Assembly (NCBI GenBank): GCA_000991405.1 | Contig: LBRL01000001.1 | Coordinates: 315,200-379,199 of the forward strand | DNA length: 64,000 nucleotides | Reading direction: 5' to 3' | Source of the DNA: Candidatus Nomurabacteria bacterium GW2011_GWD2_36_14 | GTDB taxonomy: Bacteria > Patescibacteriota > Minisyncoccia > Phycocordibacterales > UBA9973 | Shown: positions 47,801-56,904 of the stretch, piece after piece | How the letters are laid out: each line of letters opens with the position of its first letter | Numbering within the stretch: position 1 is the stretch's first letter | The notes under the pieces: model-generated | What the model was told of the DNA's origin: nothing | The model's database searches: none | The model's input: the letters and a program-made list of their open reading frames with translations, nothing else | Position numbers and translations under genes: made by a program

Positions 47801-50263
47801 ACCTTGAATACGTAATACATCAGTATCATCTGAAATATCACCGAAAATATGTAATTTTTGTTGAGGCGTCGTCGTCCCAATCCCTACCTTCCCATCATTG
47901 AGTATCGTCATCGCTTCAGTTGCTCCATTGTTCCCTACTAGGAAATGCATATCGGCTCCTGTGGCTCCAACACCGGAGGTGGTTTGAAGAGTTAGGTCTG
48001 AAGTAGTAGCAGAACCTCCGAGAATTAGAGGAGTTGTGATGTTGGTTGTAAATACAGGACTCTCTAGGAATGCAAATGTCTTTCTTGCTCCTCCTGTTGT
48101 AATTGTTCCATAGTATGCATCAGTTAGAAACTCTACTGCTCCTGCTTCTGGAGTTGTAAGTAATGTCCCTGAAGTGAATTTTAGTGGAGCAGTTCCTGCT
48201 GTGGCTGTTCCTGCTTTCAAATGCAAGGCTGCTGTAGGAGATGATGTTCCAATCCCGAGGTTTCCGACAAAGTAATTATTGCCTGCACCGAGAACGTTAA
48301 GATTTTGGGCAATGGTTGTGGAAGCGTTGATGGTTAAGGTTTGAAGAGAGGGTGTGGAATTAAACATTCCATAAAGCAAAGCTCCTGCTTTATCACCAGC
48401 AGTATTTGCTCGGTCTTGATTGTCAACATAGAAAGAGTTAGAACCAAGTTCATATGCACCTGCAAACATTCCAAACATTACATTACTATTTCCAAATAGA
48501 TTATATCCTGCTCTATATCCTACAGCTGTGTTATATGAATATGGAGTAGAGCCATTATAGCCAGTTTCTGCACCAATAAGAGTATTTTGTATAAAGACAC
48601 CGGTACCACTATAACCAGCACCATCCCCAATTGCTGTGTTGTTGCTTCCTGTGGTATTGGTGCAGAGAGCACAATCCCCAATTGCTGTGTTGGAGCTTCC
48701 TGTGGTGTTGGAGTAGAGAGACTTACCCCCATTCGCTGTGTTGTAATATCCTGTGGTGTTGGAGTAGAGAGAATTATAACCATTTGCTGTGTTTCTGTAT
48801 CCTGTTGTGTTGGAGTAGAGAGAATGATATCCTACTGCAGTGTTGGCATCAGCTGCGTTAGTTGAAGTTCCAGAGCCTGAAGTTCCTGCTTGATAACCAA
48901 GAAAAGTGTTATATTGAGCTCCTGTCACAATATTGAGTCCTGCATCTTGGCCTACTTTAACATTGAAGTCTGTATTATCTTGAGATAATGGTAAATTATT
49001 TATTGCTGATGTTGTAATATTATACGTACCAAGATTTAGATTTGCATTTGCTCCAGTGTATGGGACATACGAACCAAGTGAGCTTGCTGTTGCATAATAA
49101 CTTCCATGTTGTCCGTCTAGTAAATCGGCGTTTAAGTTTGTAACAAGGCCTGTGTTGGAAGTGGTGAAAGTATTAGCACCTAGAGCTATGTTACCTCCCA
49201 TAGTAAATCCTGCTACTGTGCCTGTGAAGGTAGGACTAGTAAACATTGTGGCTTTGCTTTCGTTGGTTACATTTCCTAGCCCGACGTCAGTTGCTGTGAC
49301 AGTACTCCATGCTGGGACTGCGCCGTTGGTACCTGTGCCTGTCATACTTAAGAAGTTCTTGGTTGTTGTTGTATTGGGAGCAAGTAAGGTAGACGTATCT
49401 GTATCGGACTGATATGGGAGGGAGCCTAAGAGAGTGGTGGAATTGCCACCTGTCAGATTATTGGCCTTGGTGATAGTTCCGACAACGGAAGCATTGAGGT
49501 TTGGAATTGTGACAACACCACTGCCAAAAGTTACAGGCCTGTTGGTAGTAGTATTGATAGACAGTGTCCCGCTTGCATTGGTTCCGTCAATCAGAGGATT
49601 AGTACCAGAGAGGTTGATAGTGTTGCCAGTTATAGTTGTGGTCCCTGTAAATGTCGGGCTGTTTAAAGTTCCACTTTCGGTAATATCATTTGAGTTATTG
49701 GAAATATTTTTATTAACAGAATCATAAATGCGATCAACTTGAAGAGAATTGAAAGAAGCATTGTTGGAGTTAGACCGCTCTAGATTCTGTAGGCGAACAA
49801 TAATACTCGGATCAGTCTGGTTTATAAAAATCGTAGTAGGTCGCTCAATGATACGCTCAACAACTTTAGTTGGAGTTAGTATTTGAGTTGGCAATAATTT
49901 GGTATTGGCTTCTACTTTGTCTTTCGTTTCTATTTTATTTTTCGCTTCTACTTTTTTATTTATTTTTAATACTTTAGGTTGAGTGGCTACAACAGTAGAA
50001 ACTTTTGGTTTAGAATCAGATAAATTAATAAATTCTTTTACTTTATTCCCTATTTGATCTATGAATTCTTTGTATTTATCAAAGGTGGGAGATGTTAATT
50101 GTCTGAATGAGTAGGGAGTATTTAATTCTTGTGTATTTATCTCTGTGTTTGTCTGCGTATCAGACACAGCAAAAGCATTGGTATAAAAACCGAAAAATAA
50201 TACCAAATATAACATCAACAATAGTTTAACTAAGTAAATTTTTGATGACCTAAAATTATTCAT
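44870..50263 (-). CDS. Giant (1797-aa) secreted fibre-like protein with Hep_Hag/YadA-head-like 14-aa repeats, G(N/S)VGIGTT.P..L(H/D)V repeats, a C-terminal peptidase-S74 intramolecular-chaperone-like domain, and a Pro/Thr/Glu-rich tail
   Basis: Signal peptide. Repeats such as NTANGYNSLYSNTTGYY occur about 12 times, and GNVGIGTTTPTGKLDIQG occurs 6 times. Near the C-terminus, SDINLKKNITTLEDIEFILKTIP...YNW.....HIGFIAQEMEQIFPSLV matches the S74 chaperone signature. Confidence 0.6.
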   Translation of the reverse strand: MNNFRSSKIYLVKLLLMLYLVLFFGFYTNAFAVSDTQTNTEINTQELNTPYSFRQLTSPTFDKYKEFIDQIGNKVKEFINLSDSKPKVSTVVATQPKVLKINKKVEAKNKIETKDKVEANTKLLPTQILTPTKVVERIIERPTTIFINQTDPSIIVRLQNLERSNSNNASFNSLQVDRIYDSVNKNISNNSNDITESGTLNSPTFTGTTTITGNTINLSGTNPLIDGTNASGTLSINTTTNRPVTFGSGVVTIPNLNASVVGTITKANNLTGGNSTTLLGSLPYQSDTDTSTLLAPNTTTTKNFLSMTGTGTNGAVPAWSTVTATDVGLGNVTNESKATMFTSPTFTGTVAGFTMGGNIALGANTFTTSNTGLVTNLNADLLDGQHGSYYATASSLGSYVPYTGANANLNLGTYNITTSAINNLPLSQDNTDFNVKVGQDAGLNIVTGAQYNTFLGYQAGTSGSGTSTNAADANTAVGYHSLYSNTTGYRNTANGYNSLYSNTTGYYNTANGGKSLYSNTTGSSNTAIGDCALCTNTTGSNNTAIGDGAGYSGTGVFIQNTLIGAETGYNGSTPYSYNTAVGYRAGYNLFGNSNVMFGMFAGAYELGSNSFYVDNQDRANTAGDKAGALLYGMFNSTPSLQTLTINASTTIAQNLNVLGAGNNYFVGNLGIGTSSPTAALHLKAGTATAGTAPLKFTSGTLLTTPEAGAVEFLTDAYYGTITTGGARKTFAFLESPVFTTNITTPLILGGSATTSDLTLQTTSGVGATGADMHFLVGNNGATEAMTILNDGKVGIGTTTPQQKLHIFGDISDDTDVLRIQGSSASYFTDIGVSHYKSYRAPSTNGGLNFGLDSSDGTGWTGSGGYISFSTNNATGGYNEKVRIDMNGSVGIGTTAPGSKLHVQNTLGTPQKLLILDSDSATDGAGEIIHFTSSTDETVGSQIAGIRESTGGTSYLSFSNYLNGTGIVERMRINGSGSVGIGTTNPASLFHLEGSIPVLTIKDSRSGSSWIHNDILGQIDFNTSDSTGIGAHSVGFIKAINDDSASGYPASPRVSLSFGTGNYNTVSTERMRIDYSGNVGIGTTSPLGKLDVIGNMRITRPGFENNTYQQIEVTDVTTTFNGQDSDGYMTYNFNSNGATNLRINNLGNVGIGTTTPTGKLDIQGLAVNDLPTYSAEFLLDTGWTSTDWTGDFATGWTHTVGNTSVLSHDKVAVNATKYQIAYTVTGRTAGSFTIGFGGQSASSLTATGAWGPTTTSTASLTITPTTDFDGTIVISIKSLTAVSTPLVNLKSSDGTARIEMRANTASGNTFIGVGAGRYNTTGYQNTANGLNSFLANTTGIYNTANGAYSLTTNTTGYYNTAYGHSSLYSNTTGFYNTANGYASLYSNTTGNYNTSNGERSLYSNTTGSNNTANGIESLYSNTTGDSNTADGYGSLNLNTTGSSNTALGYRSGRYIADGTTANTTSDYGVYIGRDTKAGADNNQNEIVIGYNAVGNGSNTATIGTGNVLYVGGASVVGTVARFTSSTGYCDISPLTTALVCSSDINLKKNITTLEDIEFILKTIPDMNGKSTLEKLTYLTPVNYNWNSESDTDARHIGFIAQEMEQIFPSLVFTDPKVDPITGLNLKSISYTNLIPYTIEAIKEMNLKITSIENIDINTSFISNLKGWLASATNGIEIIFAKIMKSDRVETKEFCTSDNECLNEDQLRIMIQEFKNTHTQIPEPQTIPDPEPTPDPVVTPDTTVTTDTEVEDTTTEDTTPPTSSEPVAPEPVVVPEPEAVEVSPTVAPETPVALSNTEE

Positions 50264-50338
50264 CTATAACTTATATTATATTAAATATATATAATATAAG
50301 CAATCAAAAATAAGGCTAAAGTGTGTATTTGTATGCTT

Positions 50339-51265
50339 TTAGAATTTAAAAAGTCGCTTGGCATTTAGGACTATCTGCTTGGCTACAATTTCTTCGTCTA
50401 ATCCTTTTATTTGAGCTATTTTAGCAACTATGTCCTTCACATATGAAGGTTCATTCCTCTGCCCTCTGTGGGGTACTGGAGCCACGTACGGGCTATCTGT
50501 ATCGGCGAGAATCATATCAAGCGGTGTCTCTCTTATGACCGCTTCATAATCACAAATCTCAGGCTTTGGCTTGTACGTTATAGGACCAGCGAAAGATACA
50601 AGTATGCCTATCTCTACGAACCTCTTCATGTCTTCTACACTTCCAGCAAAGAAGTGTGATACTCCCTTATAATATGGAAGTCCGACTTCCATATTATTCG
50701 GAAGTCGGACTTCCGAATGTTTTTTAATGAGTTCATAAATATCAAAATAAGCGTTGTGAGTTTTGTTAGTAGAATGATTGCGGACATGAAGCATCAAGGG
50801 TAAACCAAGCTCGTTGGCAAGTTCAATTTGAGCAATGAACGCAACTTTCTGTTTCTCTATACTATCTTCGTCCATATGGTAATAATCAAGTCCACACTCA
50901 CCTACTCCTACTACCTTCCCCCGTTTTGCAAGTTCTCTGTACTTATCTTTATCAAAAATTTCCCCACGAGAAACAAAACCTTGTTCATTCCTTTTCCCGT
51001 CTGTAGCTAATGCAGAGTCGGGGCTTCCCAGTTCCTCTTGATCATGATATGAAGCTCCTGTATGTATAGGATGAAGACCAATACAAGCATACACTCCCTC
51101 CCCATATTCATTGGTCATTTCTACTGCCTTCTTGGAAGTATCATATTGGGTGCCAATATTTATAACCCAAGTGTCATTTTCCAAAGCACGCGAAACAACC
51201 TCATCTCGATCTTCCTCGAATGCTTTGAAGTTCGTATGTGCATGTATGTCGATGTATTTAGGCAT
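50339..51265 (-). CDS. tatD: TatD-family metal-dependent hydrolase/DNase
   Basis: IDIHAHTNF...GLHP...GECGLDY...HVR..H motifs. The start at 51265 is preferred. The gene contains an in-frame palindromic duplication at 50676-50719. Confidence 0.8.
   Translation of the reverse strand: MPKYIDIHAHTNFKAFEEDRDEVVSRALENDTWVINIGTQYDTSKKAVEMTNEYGEGVYACIGLHPIHTGASYHDQEELGSPDSALATDGKRNEQGFVSRGEIFDKDKYRELAKRGKVVGVGECGLDYYHMDEDSIEKQKVAFIAQIELANELGLPLMLHVRNHSTNKTHNAYFDIYELIKKHSEVRLPNNMEVGLPYYKGVSHFFAGSVEDMKRFVEIGILVSFAGPITYKPKPEICDYEAVIRETPLDMILADTDSPYVAPVPHRGQRNEPSYVKDIVAKIAQIKGLDEEIVAKQIVLNAKRLFKF
50676..50719. repeat. Tandem inverted palindromes within tatD (ggaagtccgacttcc ... ttcggaagtcggacttccgaa), encoding the duplicated peptide MEVGLPNNMEVGLP
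   Basis: The palindromes are visible in the sequence, and the duplicated peptide is seen in the translation. Confidence 0.6.
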
Positions 51266-51271
51266 AAGATA

Positions 51272-51300
51272 ATTACTAGTTACCAATTACTGATTACTAA
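51272..51300 (-). promoter_or_regulatory. TTAGTAATCAG-N-GGTAACTAGTAAT box ending 7 nt upstream of the tatD ATG; a variant of the dprA/clpB box
   Basis: Minus-strand reading: aattagtaatcagtaattggtaactagtaattatctt-ATG. Confidence 0.3.
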
Positions 51301-51308
51301 TTAAAAAG

Positions 51309-52748
51309 TTACTTTCTTAAAAATAATGGAGTTTCGGGCTTTTTGTTTTGTTTGATTAGTTCCTTTAGCTTTATGTTTGTTTCGGGCATTATAGGATTCA
51401 GCATGCGGGCTATCACATACAATTTCAAAATCAAATCTTTTATCATTTCCTTCCCTTTCTCTTCATCAACTTTTACAACTTTAAATGGCTGTGTGTCCTG
51501 AATAATCTTATCTAATTCAGCAATCTTTTCCCACACATAATCTGTCGCTTTTTTAATATCAAAAGATTCATAAAATTTAAAGTATTCTGTAAAATCAGAA
51601 ACTTCGGGAATTTCTGGACACTTCTCCAAATACTTTTCAGACAAAGTCAAAATACGAGAAGCTAGATTCCCCAACCCGTTGGCTAATCCTGAATTGTAAG
51701 AATCTTTGAATCTCTCTATAGTGAAAGGACTATCCTCAAAGCTTCCCACTTCACGAAGAAGAAAGTATCGGAGAGCATCAGTACCGTATTCTTTAACTAC
51801 GTCGCGTGGATCTACCACATTGCCAAGGGTCTTTGACATACGTATTCCTCCATCACCAGTTATAAATCCATTTACAACTATCTGATGTGAATTCTCTACC
51901 CCTGCTGCCATCAGCATGGCTTGCCACATAGCACTCTGGAAGCGAGTGTTGTCCTTGCCACAGTATTGAGTAGGAGTTCCGTTGACCCAATACTTTTCAA
52001 AATTACCATCAGTCTTTGGCCAGCCAAGAGTTGATATATAGTTTACAAGTGCATCAAACCATACATACATGACTTGTGTGTCGTCCCCAGGTACTGCTAT
52101 ACCCCAAGGCATCTTCTCTTTCAAGCGTGAAATAGAGAAGTCTTGTAACCCACTTTTCACAAAGTTTTTGATTTCATTCAAACGAAAATCCGGAATAACA
52201 AAATTTGGATTTTTATCATAAAATTCCAAAAGCTTATCCCCAAATGCGGAATATTTAAAGAAGTAATTTTCTTCATTTATTATTTTCAGATCTATTCCTG
52301 GATGCTCTGGACAGTAGCCATTCACAAGCTCACCATCAGTCTTCTCACTTTCACACCCCACACAATACTTGGCTTCATAATTTTTCTTATAAATATAGCC
52401 GTTGTCAGAGACTCTCTTCCAGAATTCTTGAGCGGCTTTCTCATGATGCTTGTCTGTTGTACGAATAAAGTGTATATCATCTACCACGCCAAACATTTTC
52501 AACTGCTCTTTAAAAACTTCAAATCCTTGATCTACGAACTCTTGGGCTGAAATACCTTGCTCCTTTGCTTTCTCAAATATTTTCAATCCATGCTCGTCAG
52601 TACCAGTATTGAAGTAGACATCATAACCCAAGAGTTTCTTGTAGCGTACTATGGTATCAGCCCGCACAAACTCTAAAGCGTGCCCCATGTGAAGCGGAGC
52701 ATTGACGTAAGGTAATGTAGTTGTGAGATAAAACGGAGTATTTTTCAT
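51309..52748 (-). CDS. metG: Methionyl-tRNA synthetase (short form, without the C-terminal tRNA-binding domain)
   Basis: PYVNAPLHMGH (HIGH motif), Zn knuckle CPEHPGI..C, and KMSKS as RMSKTLGN. Confidence 0.9.
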   Translation of the reverse strand: MKNTPFYLTTTLPYVNAPLHMGHALEFVRADTIVRYKKLLGYDVYFNTGTDEHGLKIFEKAKEQGISAQEFVDQGFEVFKEQLKMFGVVDDIHFIRTTDKHHEKAAQEFWKRVSDNGYIYKKNYEAKYCVGCESEKTDGELVNGYCPEHPGIDLKIINEENYFFKYSAFGDKLLEFYDKNPNFVIPDFRLNEIKNFVKSGLQDFSISRLKEKMPWGIAVPGDDTQVMYVWFDALVNYISTLGWPKTDGNFEKYWVNGTPTQYCGKDNTRFQSAMWQAMLMAAGVENSHQIVVNGFITGDGGIRMSKTLGNVVDPRDVVKEYGTDALRYFLLREVGSFEDSPFTIERFKDSYNSGLANGLGNLASRILTLSEKYLEKCPEIPEVSDFTEYFKFYESFDIKKATDYVWEKIAELDKIIQDTQPFKVVKVDEEKGKEMIKDLILKLYVIARMLNPIMPETNIKLKELIKQNKKPETPLFLRK

Positions 52749-52751
52749 AAA

Positions 52752-53819
52752 TTAATTATTTCTCGCTTCGATTTTTTTCTTTTCTAAATCATCAAAAAAT
52801 TCAATCAAACAAACTGCTGTCGGTACAGCTAAAAATACTCCCCAAATACCAGCAAGTTCAGCTCCGATCAAAACAGAGAGGATCACAACTAAAGGAGAAA
52901 TTCCCGTAGCTTTTTTAACTATTAATGGATAAATCAAATAAGTTTCAAATTGACCAAGAATAAAATAAAAGCAAAGCACAATAGCAGAGATAGTAACACC
53001 TCCATCCAAATAAGCAAACAAGACAGCTGGGATAGTTGCCACAATAAGACCAAATGGTACGAGCTCAGCAATAACAACTATCAAAGCTAAAATGAGAGAA
53101 TATTTAACTCCAATAATAGTGAGTCCTAGATAAGCCAGAACTCCAACAATCATACCCATGAGCAATTGCCCCTGCATCCATAAGCCAATCTTTCTCTCAG
53201 TTCTGGCCCATAAACCGATAACGTATTCTTCGTGAATATCGGGGGTGACAATTCGTAAAAAGTTTTCAATTCCTTTATCAGTGATAGATAAATAAAAAGA
53301 AATAATCAAGATCAGTAGAAGATTTACAACACCCCCAAAAGCTCCTCCAAAAACATTAAAGAACCCGCCAGATAGACTCATGACTAAACCTTGGATACTT
53401 TTTATAACTTCTCCGAGAGATGCATTGTGTGAAATCGTCGAGACAACTGTTTTAGCTCCTGAGATAGTCTCCGTTTGAAATGAATTTAAAATACTACTAT
53501 CTGGAATGTATTTAGCAAGTTGACCTACAAGATCTGACATTTCCGAGATAAATACCGGAACAAATACAGATAGAAGCGAAACGATAATGGCAATAGAAAT
53601 AACGTATATCAGGATAACTGCAGCTGTTCGATTCTTGACATATTTGTTCATTTTCCCTACTGCATAAACGACGAAGGAAGCCACAACAATAGAAGTCAAA
53701 ACTATTAAAATCAGATTTGTTAGTTTAAAAATAGCGTAAAAAACTAAACCAAAAAGGATAACACGCAAAATTGAATCATTTGAAATTGAGATACGTATAT
53801 TTTTATTGTTTTCTGACAT
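52752..53819 (-). CDS. AI-2E family (UPF0118) membrane transporter, second paralogue
   Basis: Multi-TM protein with conserved C-terminal blocks. Confidence 0.65.
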   Translation of the reverse strand: MSENNKNIRISISNDSILRVILFGLVFYAIFKLTNLILIVLTSIVVASFVVYAVGKMNKYVKNRTAAVILIYVISIAIIVSLLSVFVPVFISEMSDLVGQLAKYIPDSSILNSFQTETISGAKTVVSTISHNASLGEVIKSIQGLVMSLSGGFFNVFGGAFGGVVNLLLILIISFYLSITDKGIENFLRIVTPDIHEEYVIGLWARTERKIGLWMQGQLLMGMIVGVLAYLGLTIIGVKYSLILALIVVIAELVPFGLIVATIPAVLFAYLDGGVTISAIVLCFYFILGQFETYLIYPLIVKKATGISPLVVILSVLIGAELAGIWGVFLAVPTAVCLIEFFDDLEKKKIEARNN

Positions 53820-53852
53820 ATTGCTATTTTATCACAAAATAGCTCTTTATGC

Positions 53853-55124
53853 CTAGAATTTAAGAATACCTTCAAATTGAGATTGATCTTTATATGGGCC
53901 GATGATTGCTAGATTTAAATTCTTCGTTTTGAAAATAATTTTGGCCATTTTTTGAATATCCTCGGGTGTCACCTTTTTGATTTCTTTTATTTTATCTTCA
54001 AGAGTTTTTATTTCTCCTTTCATAAGTTCCTGTCCTCCGTAAAAGTTGGCAATATCGTCTGTCGCTTCGAGAGACATCTTCATGTTTCCTATTATTAGGG
54101 ACTTCACTTTATCGAGTTCTTTGTCTGTAACTTTTTCTTTTATAAGCAAATTGCATTCTTTAATAATTTCTTTTATTACCTCTTCTGTTCTTGTATTGTT
54201 TACTCCGGCTGATATCTGGAAAGCTCCATGATCAAGTGAGGCTTGATTATAAGCTCTGACATAATAAGCCACCCCCATTTCCTCACGAAGTTTAGTGAAG
54301 AGCCTTGAACTCATACCCGCACCGAGCACTCCTGCAAGCATAGAGAGTGTGGTGTTCCTCTTGTCAAATAAATCAAAAGTTCTAACTCCTAGCACAAAGT
54401 GAGTCTGATCTGTCTCTTTGTATTTTATTAAAATATTTGGTTTATCTTGACTGTCTTTTGTCTTGGGTTTCTTGCCACTTTTATTTACAGGTACATCTTT
54501 AAAATATTTTGTAATTTCCTTGTAAACTTCTTCACTGGTGATATTCCCGGAAACTATCACGACAGTATTCTCGGCTACATAGTGAGTCTTCTTGTAATTT
54601 ACAAAGTTATCCCTTACCATTTTATAAATATTTTCTTTCGTTCCTAGAGTACTCCTACCTGCAGGCTGATCACCATACAAGACTTCTGTAAATAAATCTT
54701 GCACGTGGGAAGCTGGCATATCCTCGTACATATTTATCTCTTCGACTATCACACCTTTCTCTTTCTCCATTTCTGTTTCAGGGAAAGTAGAATTCAAATA
54801 TACATCCGTTACAATATCAAACATTTGCTTGAAGTTCTTAGAATCACCTTTCGCATAGTACCCTGTATATTCACTCCCCGTAAAAGCATTATACTGACAC
54901 CCTAGAGAGTCCAGCTCGTGAGCTATGACCTGCACAGACGGACGCTTTGTGGTCCCCTTGAAGCACATATGCTCTAGGAAGTGGGAGATGCCGTTTATCT
55001 CCTTCTGTTCATAGTCGCTCCCCGTACCCACTAGTACTAGTACCGTGACTGTCGGATTGTCTTTCATTGGTATTGTCACTACCCTCAAACCATTTTTATA
55101 TACTTTCTTTTTTGCTTTTAACAT
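53853..55124 (-). CDS. M16-family zinc peptidase (pitrilysin/insulinase-like)
   Basis: HFLEHMCFKGT inverted zincin HxxEH motif. Confidence 0.8.
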   Translation of the reverse strand: MLKAKKKVYKNGLRVVTIPMKDNPTVTVLVLVGTGSDYEQKEINGISHFLEHMCFKGTTKRPSVQVIAHELDSLGCQYNAFTGSEYTGYYAKGDSKNFKQMFDIVTDVYLNSTFPETEMEKEKGVIVEEINMYEDMPASHVQDLFTEVLYGDQPAGRSTLGTKENIYKMVRDNFVNYKKTHYVAENTVVIVSGNITSEEVYKEITKYFKDVPVNKSGKKPKTKDSQDKPNILIKYKETDQTHFVLGVRTFDLFDKRNTTLSMLAGVLGAGMSSRLFTKLREEMGVAYYVRAYNQASLDHGAFQISAGVNNTRTEEVIKEIIKECNLLIKEKVTDKELDKVKSLIIGNMKMSLEATDDIANFYGGQELMKGEIKTLEDKIKEIKKVTPEDIQKMAKIIFKTKNLNLAIIGPYKDQSQFEGILKF

Positions 55125-55154
55125 GAAGCCATTTTAGCACATTTCTTAACTATC

Positions 55155-55194
55155 AAAAAATCTCCCCCTAGGCAAGGCCTAGGGGAGATTTTTT
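55155..55194. terminator. Terminator hairpin
   Basis: aaaaaaTCTCCCCCTAGGCaagGCCTAGGGGAGAtttttt. The apex is 'aggcaaggcct'. Confidence 0.6.
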
Positions 55195-55197
55195 GAA

Positions 55198-55464
55198 TTA
55201 TTTAGATTCTAAATCTTCAATTTCTTTCTTGTAGGAGTCTATTTTATTATCAATCATTGATAATGATAATTTAACTTCTTCTGACAATTCACTGTCTATT
55301 AAATTGTGTTTCTCTAGTATCCTTTCTTTTGCTTCTTGAGCAATTTTAATTTTTTCATTCAATCCAGAAATTGTCATAATTTCTGGATTTTTTTCTTGAG
55401 GAATATTATTTAAATAACCTTCTTCTTTTGTTTTTTCCATATTTTTAAAATTAATATCAAACAT
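55198..55464 (-). CDS. Hypothetical small coiled-coil protein
   Basis: 88-aa ORF in an operon position between glyQS and the terminator. Lys/Glu-rich heptads. No family recognised. Confidence 0.3.
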   Translation of the reverse strand: MFDINFKNMEKTKEEGYLNNIPQEKNPEIMTISGLNEKIKIAQEAKERILEKHNLIDSELSEEVKLSLSMIDNKIDSYKKEIEDLESK

Positions 55465-55492
55465 AAAATTTAAATAATTTATTAATAATAAC

Positions 55493-56902
55493 CTAATTCA
55501 TCCTCTCTTTTATATAGTCCACAATATCTTCTTTTTTAATTCTCTCTTGCTGGCCTGTATCACGGTCACGAATAGTTACAGAATCATCGGACAAAGTATC
55601 AAAGTCTATAACAATACACCAAGGTGTACCTATCTCATCTTGTCTTCGGTATCGCTTGCCTATGTTACCATTATCGTCCCAGACCACCCAGCCAAATTCT
55701 TTCTTTAGTTCTCCATATACACTTTTAGCATAAGTTACAAGCTCTGGTTTATTCTTGAGTAGTGGTGATACACAAGCTTTATAAGGAGCAACAGATGGAG
55801 GTAATTTTAGGTAAACTCTCACATTATTTCCTTCGCCACTTGCCCCGTCGGAAGTACTCTTTCCTTCGGGGTCTTCTCTATAACATGAACACAATGTTGC
55901 AAGTATAGCTCTGTCTACACTGATAGTAGGCTCAATAACGTGAGGAATAAATTTCTCGCCGGTAGCTTCGTCCATCATCCACATAGATTCACCCGAGAAT
56001 TCCTGATGCCTCTTCAGATCAAAGTCTCCTCTATGAGAGAGCCCTGTTAGTTCCTTTGTTCCAAAGGGATATTCAAATTCTAAGTCAACAGTCTTGCGAC
56101 TATAGTGGGCACGAGCAGTCTCAGGATGTTCTAGAGGATGAAGCTTGGCTGTATCAACTCCAATCTTGGAAAGCCATTCCTTTTGTTCTAACAAGAAGTT
56201 GTCAAAGTAAGCCTCCCAAGGAGAAGTCGGGTGTATAAAATATTCAAATTCCATTATTTCAAATTCGCGTAGTCTATAAATAAAGTCACGAGGTGTAATC
56301 TCATTCCTAAATGCCTTCCCTATCTGCGCGATACCAAAAGGAATTTTGGGCGATAAAGATTGCAAAACATTTTTAAAGTTTACAAACATACTCTGAGCTT
56401 CTTCTGGGCGCAAGAAAGTATGGACGGATGTTTCTTCAACTGCACCCATCTTTGTCTCGAGCATAAGATTGAACTTACGAACATCGGAATACTTATTTCC
56501 ATCTGGACTCTTTAGTTCTAACTCTTTTATTTTCTGATCCATCTCTTCTACTGTAAGCTTCTCAGCATTTACTCCAGCATCTTCGAGAATATGGTCAGCA
56601 CGATACCTTTTCTTGGTTACTAAATCATCTACCAAAGGATCTATGAATTCACTTGTGTGTCCTGAAGCATCCCAAACTCTTGGGTGCATAAGTATAGGGG
56701 TGTCTATAAGATAAATATTTTCTCTATTCTTAACAAAGTATTCAATCCAAGAATCCTCAATGTTCTTTTTCAAAAGAGAACCTAAGGGTCCATAATCGAA
56801 AGTTCCAGCCAGTCCTCCATAAATCTCAGACCCCGGATATACAAATCCCCTTCTTTTACAAAGTGATATAATCTTTTCCATTAATTTTTCGTCTTTTTCC
56901 AT
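55493..56902 (-). CDS. glyQS: Glycyl-tRNA synthetase (alpha2 dimeric type)
   Basis: RRGFVYPGSEIYGG...G.YDYGPLG class II motifs and a C-terminal anticodon-binding domain. The gene contains a repeat insert at 55843-55874. Confidence 0.85.
   Translation of the reverse strand: MEKDEKLMEKIISLCKRRGFVYPGSEIYGGLAGTFDYGPLGSLLKKNIEDSWIEYFVKNRENIYLIDTPILMHPRVWDASGHTSEFIDPLVDDLVTKKRYRADHILEDAGVNAEKLTVEEMDQKIKELELKSPDGNKYSDVRKFNLMLETKMGAVEETSVHTFLRPEEAQSMFVNFKNVLQSLSPKIPFGIAQIGKAFRNEITPRDFIYRLREFEIMEFEYFIHPTSPWEAYFDNFLLEQKEWLSKIGVDTAKLHPLEHPETARAHYSRKTVDLEFEYPFGTKELTGLSHRGDFDLKRHQEFSGESMWMMDEATGEKFIPHVIEPTISVDRAILATLCSCYREDPEGKSTSDGASGEGNNVRVYLKLPPSVAPYKACVSPLLKNKPELVTYAKSVYGELKKEFGWVVWDDNGNIGKRYRRQDEIGTPWCIVIDFDTLSDDSVTIRDRDTGQQERIKKEDIVDYIKERMN
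55843..55874. repeat. 32-nt GC-rich repeat GCCCCGTCGGAAGTACTCTTTCCTTCGGGGTC inside glyQS, in frame
   Basis: 31 of 32 positions match 61358-61389 in ileS. It encodes DPEGKSTSDGASG. Confidence 0.65.
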
Positions 56903-56904
56903 AT

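Noticed and set aside
45955-48865. Tandemly periodic DNA inside the giant gene, which could superficially resemble a CRISPR or satellite array
   Set aside because: The periodicity is ~42 nt, is imperfect, and is in frame. It encodes the 14-aa NTAxG/SLYSNTTG protein repeats. There are no unique spacers and no leader. It is not a CRISPR array.
44870-50263. Giant fibre gene as part of a prophage
   Set aside because: Flanking genes on both sides are core housekeeping (rpsF operon; tatD, metG). No capsid, terminase, integrase or other tail genes are in the window. A cellular surface fibre is more likely, though a degraded prophage cannot be excluded from one window.
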